Below, piece by piece: positions 23,374-36,261 of a DNA stretch of 64,000 bases (its first letter is position 1; each line of letters begins with the position of its first letter). The stretch comes from Tubulanus polymorphus (Eukaryota > Animalia > Nemertea). The translations under genes were made by a program, and so were the position numbers. The stretch spans positions 14,378,950-14,442,949 of the forward strand of contig NC_134029.1 in the NCBI RefSeq assembly GCF_964204645.1, in the 5' to 3' direction. Under the pieces are notes generated by a model. The model was not told the origin of the DNA. It saw only the letters and a list, made by a program, of their open reading frames with translations, and made no database searches.

Positions 23374-24370
23374 CGCTCAATGATGTATTTGCTAAATATA
23401 GGTTAGCTGCAAAGCAGCGATAACGGGTTTTCTGACTAGTTTGTTGAAATGTAGTACTTACGCTAGGCTAAAAGAAATTGATACCTTGTTTCCCCGCTCT
23501 GCTGTGCTTAAAAGTTGAAGTAAAAGTCTCTCTGAATGTAGTCGAACGTAATTCTAGTAGCCACCTGAGACTCAATGACCTTGATTTAAACTCGATCAAT
23601 TCAAAGTGTATTTATTGGCGCTTTTGTTTACATGCACAGATCAGCATTATATTTAAATGAAATAACCGGAATAACAGGAAATCAATAATATATAAGAGGT
23701 AACAACGAACAAATGCCTTTAAACCTGTCGGACACGCAAACGCCGGCTCTTGGACTTGGACCCGATATCGGAGCATTTCTTGGACGTATTATCGTTTCAG
23801 CGGCGCATTCAGGTATACCGTATGCAGGAGTACGGAACACCTGAAGGGACATACCAATAGCTGATCACCGGCGTAATATATTTCCGCCGGTGTTAGCAGT
23901 CTGAAAGTAATTTTAAGTTTAAAATAGAGAAAGTCTAATATATTTCTATCAGAATTCTACATTCCGTTTAGTAGGTGGAAAATATGTAAATAATAATAAT
24001 TACAATCAACAGAATTACAAGAGGGTTTTAGACGAAAGTCAGAAAACCCTAATTATGCTATCATTGTTACATCTTTTCACTAACTTGAGTACCTTTACTT
24101 TAAGCATCCTCACTTGCAGGGGTTTTATTGCCTCCTGCCGAAGCTCAGACCAACACAAACCCTGACTGCATAGCTAATTGGTGTGTTACTCTGGTCTAAG
24201 ATTTTTTGGGTGGACAGGTTGCCACTTAGTAGCCACTAGTGACATAGATGCTTGGCATTGATAGAGCGAACCTCCCAGTGTAAAACAACGCATCTGATTT
24301 GCTTAATACCTAGACGTGTGGATTCTGAGTGGCAAACTGACCACAAAAGAAATCTTGGGAAGTAATGATA

Positions 24371-24860
24371 CGGGATATCGACAAATTTCAAGTTCTGGAA
24401 TTACTCGTTTGATTGCGCTACTCAGAACCGGAAATTGGAACCTAAATCTGCGATGTTTTAGTTCATTTGCAATAAAGATCTCTTGCTTCATGTTTTTAAT
24501 GAGCGTTTTATTTACTTTCTATGTTTCGACATGATTAATCCTTCAAAATATGATATCCTATCGTTACGTTGGATACGATAAAACCCCATTGCAAAGGCCA
24601 GAAATCATTATAAATGTCCTATAGTTATTAAAAAACATTTGGTGACAGCTGATGATGTAAAGACTGGTTGCCAGCACATGACGGCCCAATTTTGATTTTT
24701 GCGGTTTGAGTCCTGGTACTTATTTTCATTATGGATACGATAGTAGTCCAAGATTTTTATCGCAAATGAACTAGAACATGGTGGATCTAGATTCCAATTT
24801 CCGGTTCTCACTTGCGCCATCGAACGAGAAATTCCAGAACTTGAATTTGATGATATCCTG
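24371..24860. mobile_element. Tc1/mariner-type MITE
   Basis: Imperfect TIRs of about 110 bp (C.GGATATC..CAAATT.CAAGTTCTGGAATT...), TA TSD. Confidence 0.75.
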
Positions 24861-26069
24861 TATAGACTTATGAAGGGTATGTGGCCAGGCTTTGTTTAAG
24901 CATGAGCTTTGGCAAGAAGCAATCAAAACCAGGCAAGTGAAGATGATCTAAGACAATTCAAATTCAAAATACCTTTATTGCTCCATAATGATTTTAAACA
25001 TTAGATGATATACAAATATGAAAAATGTTAATAAACAGTAAACATATGATTATTTGATATAGTATCAAACATGAATTTATGTATTTACAGTGCCAAAAAG
25101 CCTCTAACTCAATTATCTAGGATACAATTTGAGTCAAAAATTGAGAATTTGGAAGTAATTTAACATCACAATTGGATTTCCAAATATGTTTTGGATTACG
25201 TAACAAGTACTCCCTGTTTCTATAATTTTTGCAGTATCCCAAATGAAGCCTGTGTTATTCGACTGATTTAATGTGGTGACTTTCCATACGATCGAGCGAC
25301 AAAACAATGCCCAGTCAATGTTCTAAGATAGTGCGAATGCAGTTGTACTCTAGAAAACCCGTTATTGCTATATTTGTACTTGTATTATATCAGTATTATC
25401 ATGGCTGTAGTGATGATGAGTGTGCATGTCTGTGAGTATTGTTGTTCGTGGTATAAATATAATTTTGGTAAGCAGATAAATGCACTCTTATAATACTGAA
25501 ATCCGAGTTGTGTGTGCTGTCCTTGGTAATTCCTGTCGACAGGGGTGTTGAATATTGAAATTGTTCCATTGATGAGCATTTGAAACCACTTTTCAAATGG
25601 ACATTGTGTCCCTGGACCCCTAGTCTCGATTCTGGCTATTAAACAAATGACATAGGCCTAAATATGTCGCATTCTTTTTGGGCCCACAGCACACTCCTTG
25701 AACTGAATTATGACTCTAGCCAGATCTTTCTTTTTGGAGCTGCTGTCAGTTCTGCAGCTGAGTTATTTGAATCCCTAGAATTGAGTGATTATAAAGGGAC
25801 CTACTCTTCAAGCTGTTTCATGAGCATGCTTCATAGCAGCACATTTCTAGTTGCCTAATTTGAATCCTTCCCTAAAAGTCCACACTTAGTAATTCAAGCC
25901 TGACTTTGATGAAATGCACGAAGAATCATTGCGCAGTGAAACATGCCATCACTCGGCGTAAAGATTGTTGTAGACCTTTAAACACAGAATAAATTTTCTT
26001 TGTCATGAAGGTCTCCGCATTTTGTTTATTTTTGTTTAACCTCCAACCTTTATTGTCTTCTCTTTACAG

Positions 26070-26112
26070 ATTTTCTTCCTTTTACGTGTGACGCTTGCTC
26101 AAAAATATTTTG
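26070..26112 (+). CDS. ZFAND2B: ZFAND2-like coding exon 2
   Basis: TTTACAG acceptor, DFLPFTCDACSKIF(C), GTACGT donor; phase matches exons 1 and 3. Confidence 0.92.
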
Positions 26113-27013
26113 GTACGTACCAGTATTAGTTCTGCAGGTATCAATCTGCTTTTTTGGGAGGATTTTTCAGTTAAGCAGAACAGGCTTTCTATTTGGAACT
26201 GCGACAGGCTACCACAAACAGAAACCAATACAAGTATTTCCTTATTGAAACTTTATGTCTCCTAATTTATATATCTGAGTAGGCCTATAAGTTTATACAA
26301 CCATGAAATTAGAAACGATTAGAGTGTTAATATTTAAGGTTGAATACGGTAAATACGCTTAACATAAATTTTCAAACATTTTATCCACTGAGCTACAGTA
26401 CTGATACAATCAAGGGCTACTGTTTTCAATCTCTGAGAAAAATTTGGCTTAGTTTCGATTGGTGGATTAACCGACAATGTCATCAAGAGTGTGTAGCTTA
26501 TCTATTGACCCTGAACTTTTGGCTGTGGCTATATAAACATTCGTTTATGCACGTTTCTAATTCAACCTTAGTGAGTTGTTATATGCTTGAACATCATCCC
26601 CAATTTGTACTTTTTCTAATTATTGCGGGATGTCAGATGCTGTTCTCTAAGAGAAGTCAACTCTTTGTGATACCATTAAGAGCAAATTCGGTTTACAAAT
26701 ATGGATGTTTCACACTTTCTCCGTGTATGATTGGTAATGGCAGTGATTTTAGTTTGACATTGCAACTTGCAGCTTTAAAATGTCATGTCAAAATTGCACA
26801 TCTGAAAACAGTTTTGTTTGTTTTTTATGGCAATTTGTCTCACCCAGAAACCATGTACCCTCGTGCGAAGCATCGAAGGATCCTTGCTTGCTAGGTTTTG
26901 ATTGCCTCCTGTTGAAGCTCACTCCAAAACAAGCCCTGGTGGCAGACCCTTCATTGGTCTAATGCATAGAACGGAATTTCGGTATTTTGCCAGAAATTTG
27001 ACTGTCAGTACCT

Positions 27014-27661
27014 CACACCTGCCAACCGTTACGTTTTTGCCTTATTCCGTTCCGGTGCTACCCGCGGTAATACGGCGTTACTGGCACAGGCAATGGAATA
27101 CGCTTTTTTCCGATATCGTTCCGATGTTACGCGAATGAGCAAATAAATACGGCCTCAATAAAAATCTCCTTATATTATGTCAATAAAGGTAATTTTGCAG
27201 TACATAATCGGTATTTTAATGGTTTATTAACATTTATTACGGGGAAATTTGGTTTTTATTTGAGTAATTGTCACGAAGTTTCCATACAGCCGGGAACCAG
27301 TCTAGCGAATTTTCGGTTACAACAAGTAATACTGGGAACCAGTCTAGCGAATTTTCATTTACAACGAGTAATTTTCATCGCTCAAATTGTCATGAATGTT
27401 GCCAATGGCGGACGAAGTTCACGACGTTTTGTCAAATCTGGAAAATTCGGAGGGTTCTCCGTCTTCTTCGTTAAAATTAATTTCTTTAGTAGTTTTAATA
27501 TTCTATATTCTGATTTTAATCCGAAAATTCGTTACTGGCCATATTGAAAATGTTACTGGCAAAGGTCACATCAAGTCTAGTGGGTCACTGGCAAAATCTA
27601 AAAAATACTGGCAAATTTGAAAAATGTTACTATCTTGAAAAATTCAATGTTGGCAGGTCTG
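27014..27661. mobile_element. hAT-like non-autonomous element with 6-bp TSD
   Basis: TIR CA(C/G)ACCTGCCAAC, GTACCT on both flanks; a related end lies near 22916. Confidence 0.7.
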
Positions 27662-28198
27662 GTACCTTTAGGTTTAAAAAAATTTGGTTTCGCTGGGTTT
27701 CGCCGTTAGACAAACCGACATTAAAGAAGTAAAACTATTTTCATACATGCCAACCCGTACGATTGGTCCGTATTCGTTACGTTTCGTTTTTTTTTTCACT
27801 CAAAAAGATTGTCAGTACGGTAGTATGGTCAGTAATGTTGAAGTACGTTTAAATCAGCAAAATACGATTTTTTCACCTCAAGAAATTTTAAAACTACAAT
27901 TTTGTATTCACGAATACGATAGTTTAGCTTTATGATAGTTAAGTTTTGATGATATCTCGTTTGCACATAACTAATATCGGCCGAGGTTTGAGAAAAATTG
28001 CATTCAATTCAATTCAAAATTTACTGTTAGTGAAGTCCTGTTTGTTTTCCCTGTTTGAACATATCCGATCCATTAGTCTGATGCAGCTTTGATGGCGCTT
28101 TTTAAGATTGTGAAAATAAAAAATTTTGTGAAGTTAAGTTTGATATGTCAAGAAAGGGCAAGGGTAACTATTCAGACATGCCAGTACCACTAAAGAAC

Positions 28199-28447
28199 CA
28201 GAGAAATCCCTCAATAACGAAGCAAAGATTGAAAAATTCTACATCAGAATGATTATATTTTTGGAGCGACGTTTCGGCTAACAACTGTTAGCCATCATCA
28301 GTACGCAGGATGAAGGCTAGCAGTTGTTAGCCAAAACGTCGCTCCTCAAATATAATCATTCTGATGTAGAATTTTTCAATCTTTGCTTCGTTATTGTGGG
28401 ATTTCTCTCGTTATCATCATTCGAGGATATTGTGTATCTTCTCGTCT
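28199..28447. mobile_element. Penelope-like hairpin (inverted pLTR) insertion with hammerhead core
   Basis: Arms of about 100 bp (28200-28408); minus strand CTGATGA-T-GGCTAAC-AGTT-GTTAGCC-GAAACGTC; TSD TACCACTAAA(G/A)AAC at 28185 and 28448. Confidence 0.75.
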
Positions 28448-28744
28448 TACCACTAAAAAACTGGGTGAGTCAAAAAGACAATGACAGCCATCTATTTCTG
28501 CATGTTTTTTCCTTTTCAAGAAAGGAAGCCAATTTGCTTTATTGCTAGCTGTCCAGACCATTCTTTTACGAAATGCTACTGATCTAATGAACTGAGTACT
28601 GATGATTCTTAAGGTAAAATAAGAAAATACTGATTGAGATATTAAAATACTGAGAATGTTGCTAAAGAAAATGTTACTGAAAATGGATACAAATTACTGG
28701 GGAAAAAAATGGAATTTTTAACCAAAAATACTGAAAGTGGTAAT

Positions 28745-28961
28745 AAGATAAAAACCACTATCTACAGATTAAAAGAATTTAAAAACAAGAATTTATTTAT
28801 TCAATCTAAAATATATAGAATACACGACGTTTCGATCTATTCATGTATTCTATATATTTTAGATTGATTAAATAAATTCTTTTTTTTAAATTCTTGTAAT
28901 CTGTAGATAGTGGGTTTTTATCTTATTATCCATTCACCATGTTTGAGTGTGGTTATCTTTC
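28745..28961. mobile_element. Hairpin retro-insertion, Penelope pLTR-like
   Basis: Inverted arms of about 85 bp with ACGTTTCG in the loop; 16-bp TSD TACTGAAAGTGGTAAT at 28729 and 28962. Confidence 0.65.
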
Positions 28962-29043
28962 TACTGAAAGTGGTAATCCTAATGTTGGCATGTATGTATT
29001 TTACACCAAGTTATTGAGAAATCAATAAATTTTCTACAATTTT

Positions 29044-29306
29044 GAGACGAGAAGATACACAATATCCGTGTATGATGATAATGATTGAAATCCCACGATA
29101 AATTCAGCCAAAACGAGAAATTTGAATAGAAGAGTAAATATATTTGTGCAATGTTTCGGCTAAAGACTACTAAACCATCATCAGGCATACTGAATGATGT
29201 ACACCTGATGATGGCTAATAGTCTTTAGGCGAAACATTGCGAAAATATATATACACGTCTATTCAAATTTCTCGTTTTGGCTGAATTTATTGTGGGATTT
29301 CTCTCG
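29044..29306. mobile_element. Penelope-like hairpin insertion with hammerhead cores on both strands
   Basis: Arms 29087-29301; CTGATGATGG...CGAAAC on both strands; 13-bp TSD TTTCTACAATTTT at 29031 and 29307; tail shared with 28411-28446. Confidence 0.75.
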
Positions 29307-30842
29307 TTTCTACAATTTTCTGCCAGCTGTTCTTAAGACGCTGTTATCTAAGTGCTCTGTGAATGGCACTTCTACAAGGTTGCGCTCCTCAAAATCTGAG
29401 CCCTGCAGGTATGGATGTTTTTTTTCTCAGACGCCAAGAAATCTTTTATACGGCATATGGTGCGTGTGTGCGCGCATGTGTCTTTTTCAAGTTAGGGGGC
29501 CCAGATTCGTGTAAGTATCATTTTGACTTCTCTGGGTCTCCTGCATTTTCATTATCACTCTATATTGTAAAAAAATTCACACAAACCCCTGTCAATTTTT
29601 AGATTCAGCACAACTGAACCTGTTAGTATGAAATGGAGTGCTGAATTCAGGTGAACCGCTATCTCCTCGGAGTGTGAAATGATTCACGGGCTTAGGTCTG
29701 CATTAAGTTGGCTGTTATAATGGCAGCTAAGTGGCAACTGCTTTTGAAGGCTATTGATGAAGCCTAAATTGGGTAAATTGGTAGTTTTATGCCGTTTTGG
29801 GGGAATTTTAGCGATGTAGTGTGATGTCATCTTGATCTACTAACGTAAACAACATGAGCAGAATTGTACAACAGTCGCTGTCGAATTTACAAGTAGCCTT
29901 TTTAGCCCACTTGGGACTTTAGTCCCAGCGGGCTATTGCGTTTACTTTTTGTCCGTCGTCCGTCCGTCCGTCCGTCAATCTGTAGACGGAATCCAGTTAT
30001 TTTGGGAAGTTTTGAAGACGCTTCAATGTAATGTCTTGATATTTGGGTTACACATGTAAATACCCTAGATACATCTTCGGCCCAAAAACTGGCCCTGTCA
30101 GAATCAAGATGATATTATGATGTTATGATGATGTTATGATGTTTGATGATGTTATTATGATGTTATTCAATAATATTAATACTGTACTGTGAAATTTTTA
30201 CCAGGACTACAAAACACTACGTACTTTCTAAAAAAACTAAGTTTTCTTATACCAGGCTCGGGGTCCAAATTTTTCTGGGGTCCATGTCTTACCCCCGGGC
30301 CCGATTCTTATGAAAAAACACCTAAAAAATCCCAAAACTGATGCAGGGAAAAATAGAATGAATTTTTACTATCACAAAAGTCTTTGAAATTGGGAGAGAA
30401 CATGCCTAATATCTTCTGAGTTTTTTCTATGTGACTTTTTGGATGGACTGCAGACGATTTACGATACGATTTACGGTCTCCAGGTTGGCTCTAGTCCAAT
30501 TGTTCATAACTTGCAAACAATGCGGCGTTACCAACATGAGATTTCCAACACTTTAGAAGTTCCTTTTCATTTCCGTAAACTGAGCCTATAACTATACAAA
30601 TAGAGTCAATTTAAATGACATGGTTTCCAGAGGAATGGCCCTTTGACTGTGCAACTGACCATTATGTACACTTAGTTAATGTACATGAATGAGTTTAAGT
30701 ACACTTAAGAGTCGCACCTCAGAATCAAAGCTTTGTGTTGGAATTGATATGGAAAAATTTGATAGTGCTCTTTCTGTACCCTTTCATTCGAAAATAGGAA
30801 ATTAAATCTTAGTTTAATGAAACTGCTTTGGTACATTTTCAG

Positions 30843-30894
30843 CAAAGACCACATAAGATATGACGAGCACCAATGCTCAGAATCGTATAAAAAG
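30843..30894 (+). CDS. ZFAND2B: ZFAND2-like coding exon 3
   Basis: TTTTCAG acceptor, (C)KDHIRYDEHQCSESYKK, GTATGT donor; completes AN1 finger 1. Confidence 0.92.
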
Positions 30895-31492
30895 GTATGT
30901 ATTTATGTATTATAGATACATATATTGTAGATTTGTTATAGATAACATTGTTTAACCCATTAGCACTCAGGAATTTCACTATGTAGTGTCAATTACTCCT
31001 CAGAAAATTCAAAGGAAAATCTGAGGTTATCACAATACCGAATAGCTCATTTTCTGTTTATCTTCATGCATGAGGCGTTCATATGATATAAGATTTGATG
31101 AGGTGGGCCTCCTCAATCATGACCTTTTGGCCCCCAAAATTCAACCAAACTTCAATTTGAAGTGAGTGCTTAGAGCTGTCATGTTCTTACTCCAAATACT
31201 TGAGCATTTCGTTGATTTCTGTAGGCCTACAGTTTTTAGATGACTTTAGGGAGTCTAGTTTATCATAAGCGCCTCACCTCGTAAGCTTATGAGCTCATTG
31301 TACAGCACACAAAAAAAGTGTCAGGGTGGATTTGGTTGGCATGAGGAGTAATTGGGAGGTCAGATACATGTGGCTGGAGGGCTTATGGGTTAGTAATAGA
31401 TTATCACTAAAGTGAATAGAAAATTCATCAACCACGACAATAAAGTGACAGTAAAAACTTCCGAAACTGCAGTACAAAATATTCGTTTGCAG

Positions 31493-31627
31493 GATAATCA
31501 AGTACCCACATGTCCCCTCTGCAATAAGCCAATACCTTTGAAACCAGGTGAATTGGCAGATGATAAAGTCAGTCAACACATTGACACAGATTGTCAGTCG
31601 GATCCAGCTAAGGAGCGCAGGGGAAAG
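31493..31627 (+). CDS. ZFAND2B: ZFAND2-like coding exon 4 (UBZ-like C2HC finger)
   Basis: TTTGCAG acceptor, DNQVPTCPLCNKPIPLKPGELADDKVSQHIDTDCQSDPAKERRGK, GTAAAT donor. Confidence 0.93.
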
Positions 31628-31799
31628 GTAAATAAAAGTATGCACTAAATATCCACTGGCTATGTTTTTAGTCATCTAGTTAACCCCATGGCCCAGTTCC
31701 ACTGATAAATCATTGAAAATGAACTAACGTTAACTCTAACTCACAACTGAGGAACTGGTGCCAGGGCTATATGAATAAACTTTTAAAATTTGAGACACA

Positions 31800-32390
31800 T
31801 TTTTATGCCCCCGGTTCAACTTTAATTGAGAGGGGGCATATAGATTTACCCGCGCAAATGATGTTTACAGCCTAGAGGCCGCAATTGGTGACCGATTCAT
31901 TTCAAACTAAGTACACAAGTAGGTTTCACTTGGGCCAGAACCCTATTTAAAATTGGGTTGATTTGATTCAAATTAAGGCCAACATTAAACACGTTGTTAA
32001 CAGCCTAGACGCTGCAATTGGTGACCAATTCATTTCAAACTTTGTACACAAGTAGGGCATCACTTGGGCCAGAACCCTATTTAGAAATGGGTGGATTCGA
32101 TTTAAGTAATGGCCACTAGGGGGCCAACATGAAAAACGACGTTAACAGTCCACAGGCCGCAATTGTTGACCGATTCATTTCAAACTTGGTACAAAAGTAG
32201 GATATCACTTGGCCCAGAACCCTATTTAAAATTGGGTTGATTCGATTCAAATTATGGCCACCAGTTGGCCAACATGAAAAACGATGTTAACAGCCTGGAG
32301 GTCACAATTGTTGACCGAATCATTTCAACCTTGGTACACAATTAGGATATCACTTGGGCCAGAAGCTTATTTAAAATTGGGTTTATTCAA
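31800..32390 (+). repeat. Helentron-like element with ~127-bp tandem repeats
   Basis: TTTTATGCCCCC...GAGAGGGGGCATATAG head, then about four copies of ACAGCCTAGAGGCCGCAATTG...CACTTGGGCCAGAACCCTATTT; same family at 63362-64000. Confidence 0.75.
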
Positions 32391-32391
32391 G

Positions 32392-32885
32392 ACTGAACTT
32401 GCCATCTGGCTGAAGTCCGGAAAACTGAGGATGGGCTGATTCAGCGGACTTTGTTTCAAACTCTCAATGGCCATCTGATGCTCAGTGGTCCATTTTTAAA
32501 TGACACCTTTCTTCGTTAGTTGGTACAGCAGTGCCACTATATTAGAGTAATCTCTGATGAACATTGAGTAGTATGAAACTAGCCCGATGAATCTGTGGGG
32601 CTCAGTTAAATTACAAGGTTTCGGCCAATCCCTGACACGTTCACATTTCTGCACATCCGTCTGGAGTCCATTTTCACTCACGACATGGCCCAGGAATGCA
32701 ACTTGTTGTTGAAATGAATGGCACTTACGTGGCTTCAACTTCAAGTTTTCGGTGGGAAAAAAGGCAAACACTACTTCAGAAGTCCCAGGTGACTCTTCAG
32801 GTCAGGACTGAAAACTATAACGTCATCGAGATGCAGTAAACATGTTTTCCATGCAACCTTGTCCAGAACCAGCGACACGATATTC
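32392..32885 (-). pseudogene. Ty3/Gypsy reverse transcriptase fragment
   Basis: CLLHLDDVIVFS...LKLKPRKC.SFQQQVAFLGHVVS.NG...FIGLVSYY.MFIRDYS.I..LLYQLTKKG...W...PILSFPDF. Confidence 0.85.
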
Positions 32886-33869
32886 CTGGAGACACAGTCG
32901 ATAGTTGTAATGAAAATGAAAATAGCAATGACAATAGTGACAAAAAGTGACCACGTCCAGCATCTTCTGTGAGTGACACTGACATGGATCACTCCCCTTT
33001 ATTTAAGCTGGTGCCTTGAAAAATCTAAGCGATCAAAAACTATAATTACACCTTAAGAAGATAGATTGAAAAATTGTGAAAGTCGTAAGAAAATAAGAAC
33101 CTCAAAGAGAGCATAACTTCCCTTAAACACGCAACGATTGAGAATAACCAGTATTCGCGTAAATGTAACTTATGGATTTATGGTAAATAACTGCCCCAGA
33201 CATCCAAGGACGAAAACTGCAAGGAGATTGCAGTTGATGTGATCGCTAAGTTAAATCTACCGTCTAATGGGGAGCTAAAATCCGACGGCGATAAGCGGCA
33301 CTGATAAGCAACTCAGTCTCACCGCAACATGGCGCTGCAGTATTGCTTCGTTATTTTCAAGTTTTTTAACGGCTTACTTCCACGAGGTAATCGTGAATAA
33401 ATGCTGCTGCCACGAGTCAATGAATTCCAAACAAGATATAAATGAAATGACATTACCAGAATTGAAATTCGAGCTGAAAACGTTCGGGGCAAGGGTGTCT
33501 GGTAGAAAAAAGGTGCTTTGTGAGAGGTAATTTTTATGTATATTTTATTTTTATGTCCGAATTGAATTGAATTGTCTGTCTATTTTCGTGCATTTTACTC
33601 CCGGTTTCGGCACAAGCACAGAGAACGATTTTTTACTAGATAGAAAAAGAATAAGTGCATGATTACAGTGGATAGAATGATATTCAATAAATATATGTTT
33701 TTGGATGGCTTTAGTTCGAGTAGCTAAAAAAATCCATGGACGGTCACAATGTTATTACTATTAGGCCTAACTCTAGTCTACTCTGGTCTCTAAGGCCAGC
33801 CTACACCCACTTCAACTGAAAGATTCCTGTTTGGTTTATGTGACAATAAGGCTATCTTTGTTATTTACA

Positions 33870-35721
33870 GATTAGAATTCTACAGAAGGACAAGTGTACC
33901 TGTTAATCTGGAAATGGAATATAAAATGGATATTCCATATCCAATACTTTTTAAAGACGTACATAAAGGAATGATTACATCGATACCAAATTTTACAATA
34001 AAGCGTCTCGAGGAATATCTTACACTGTTTGATATGCCACTCTATGAGAAGTGTAAAGATTTCTACACTCAGAGGTAAATAGTGTGAATTTAAATCTGCA
34101 GCTCAAAATTACTCGTGAAAATATTTAAACAGGTTTTGCCAACCAATCATGGTCTAGAAAATGGGCTTTCATTTGTTATTTTTAGGTTTCTTAGATTTCT
34201 ATGTATGGCAAGTGGGGTTGGGAAATCTGTCTACCTTACATTGATTGTGTGGGCAGAATACAAGAAGTCCACATCTTACAAGGTTTACCATTTAGACGGT
34301 GAAGGGGTAGTCACTGACGCCCAGTGCGAATGCAGCATGTAGCAACGGTGTCGTACGCAGTGTGTAAGTTTTTACTTGGAGATAATCTCATCACGGAAGT
34401 CACATATACGCAAGTGAGTAATATATGAAATCTTTCTGAGCAGGAATTTATATTTAAAAATATGTCATTTTTTCTATGAGAACCATACTATTTTTCCAGG
34501 TTTTACAGACTTTCCATCGTGTCAAGCCACACCAGGAAACCCCTCTGAAATTAAACAGAGAAAGCTCGGCCAAGTCATCAAAAATTAACTTTGATCCAAG
34601 AAAACAACAAGACAGAGATCCGGAACATGTGACATCTAATATCAGAAATATGGCAATTAGTTATCAGGTTGGTATTTTTGCAACCAATCACAAAGGTCTG
34701 TCTATTATCATGATACATGTACGGATATAAACTATTTACCAAATTATGTTTGTAGGTTACAGGTAACCAATGGAGGCTCAATGCCAATTATGCAGCTTTT
34801 CCATCCTGCAAACCCCCATGCAGTAGTCATGGATCACGACTATATGGAGATTATCAAAAAATTTTTTATTGATGAAAAGGTAAAATTAAGCAGAGCATTT
34901 TAGCCCTATATTACAACATGCATATGTATGCCTATGTCTTTTAGAATGAAAATGAATTGATGATAACTTCTGGGGTAGCTTGAAAATTTATGGTTAATGG
35001 GGTAAATTTAAAAAAAAATCAAACTCCAGGAAATTTTTTGTTTATTTTTAGCTTACTACAATTTCAAGTGATTAGGCTAAGGAGATTAAGAGAACTCGTG
35101 GGCAAGTTTTGAATAAAGAATGGAAAAAAGAACGTTGCCTTCGAATAACAGCATCAAATTTTGGAACAATTGTAAAGTGCACAGTGAGACTAGACAAATT
35201 CAAATTAAACTTAGTTCCACTCGGTTAAAATGTAAACCTATCCTACTACATGGACAAAAATATGAATCATTTGCAGTGGAAAAGTATGAGGCCTTAACAG
35301 GATGTAAAACACAAGAATGCGGATTATTCGTTTGCTCAGCATCATCTATTCTGGCTGCCTCACCAGATCGAGTGGTCGCTGCTGATCTAATCTTAGAAGT
35401 GAAATGCTCATATGCGTCTAGGGATAAATTCGTAATGCCAGCTACAGTGATTTATTTATATTACGACTCCAACAGAAATTTGCAATTAAAGGAAAACCAT
35501 GATTATTACTACCAAATTCAGGGACAGCTGTATTGCAGTGAGCAATCAAAATGTAATTTAGTTGTATTTACAATGAAAGACATTCAAGTGATAAGTGTAG
35601 AAAAGGACATTGTATTTATACAGAATATGGTAGATAAATTGTTGCAGTTTCATTCAGATTTTCATAGAGATGCAATCATCAACATGCAAATTTATTAGAA
35701 TTATTTTGAATATTCTTTTTG
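33870..35721 (+). pseudogene. Intron-containing SWIM + YqaJ (lambda-exonuclease-like) gene of the ISL2EU element
   Basis: VTDAQCEC (SWIM); RGQ...EWKKERCLRITASNFG; HGQKYE...GLFV...LAASPD...ILEVKC...HDYYYQIQGQL. Confidence 0.85.
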
Positions 35722-36261
35722 AAAAATCTTGTCACCTGAGATAAGGTTATTACAGAAATACAGTATTTTAATGTCCTGCCAATTGAATTACGAGACACCT
35801 TAAGTTTCTAATGGTTTTCAGTCTTACATTGAAATTTGTGAGAGGTCTCAAACATCTGATTTTTCAATCAGTCAATTGTCCGCAGTCACCCAATTGTCAT
35901 CAGTCCTCATTTGTAGGTTTTTTTTAAGGAAAATATTGACCGGTTTTGACTTAATATCTTGACAATTACCACAGTCATTAGGATTCATCGCCTCGTATGG
36001 AATTGGGGTCACCAGATTTTTTCTTTTCACATCATATTGAAATTTCTGATTGTTGAGGCATCGAGTCCCTTGACCCCTAGTTGACTCAAATTAAACAAAA
36101 TTCATTCTTTAATGTATCAAGCACTTTATTTTGTTTAAAACCTTGTGTTAACTTTGAACAGAAATATATTATATTTGATAAAATTTTATAATTGCACTTC
36201 ATGAAAAAGGAAATACATATATAGCTATAAACCATTACAGACTTATTTTAACTTACTATTT

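Noticed and set aside
26340-26894. 184-aa ORF as a gene
   Set aside because: No recognisable motifs, non-ATG start, intronic position; likely a chance ORF, as are most 60-125-aa ORFs listed between 15 and 63 kb.
31412-31648. Stand-alone 78-aa ORF
   Set aside because: Only 31493-31627 is coding (ZFAND2 exon 4); the rest is intron.
31860-32390. Regular ~127-bp repeats as a CRISPR-like array
   Set aside because: Whole units are repeated with no variable spacers, the context is eukaryotic, and no cas genes are present.
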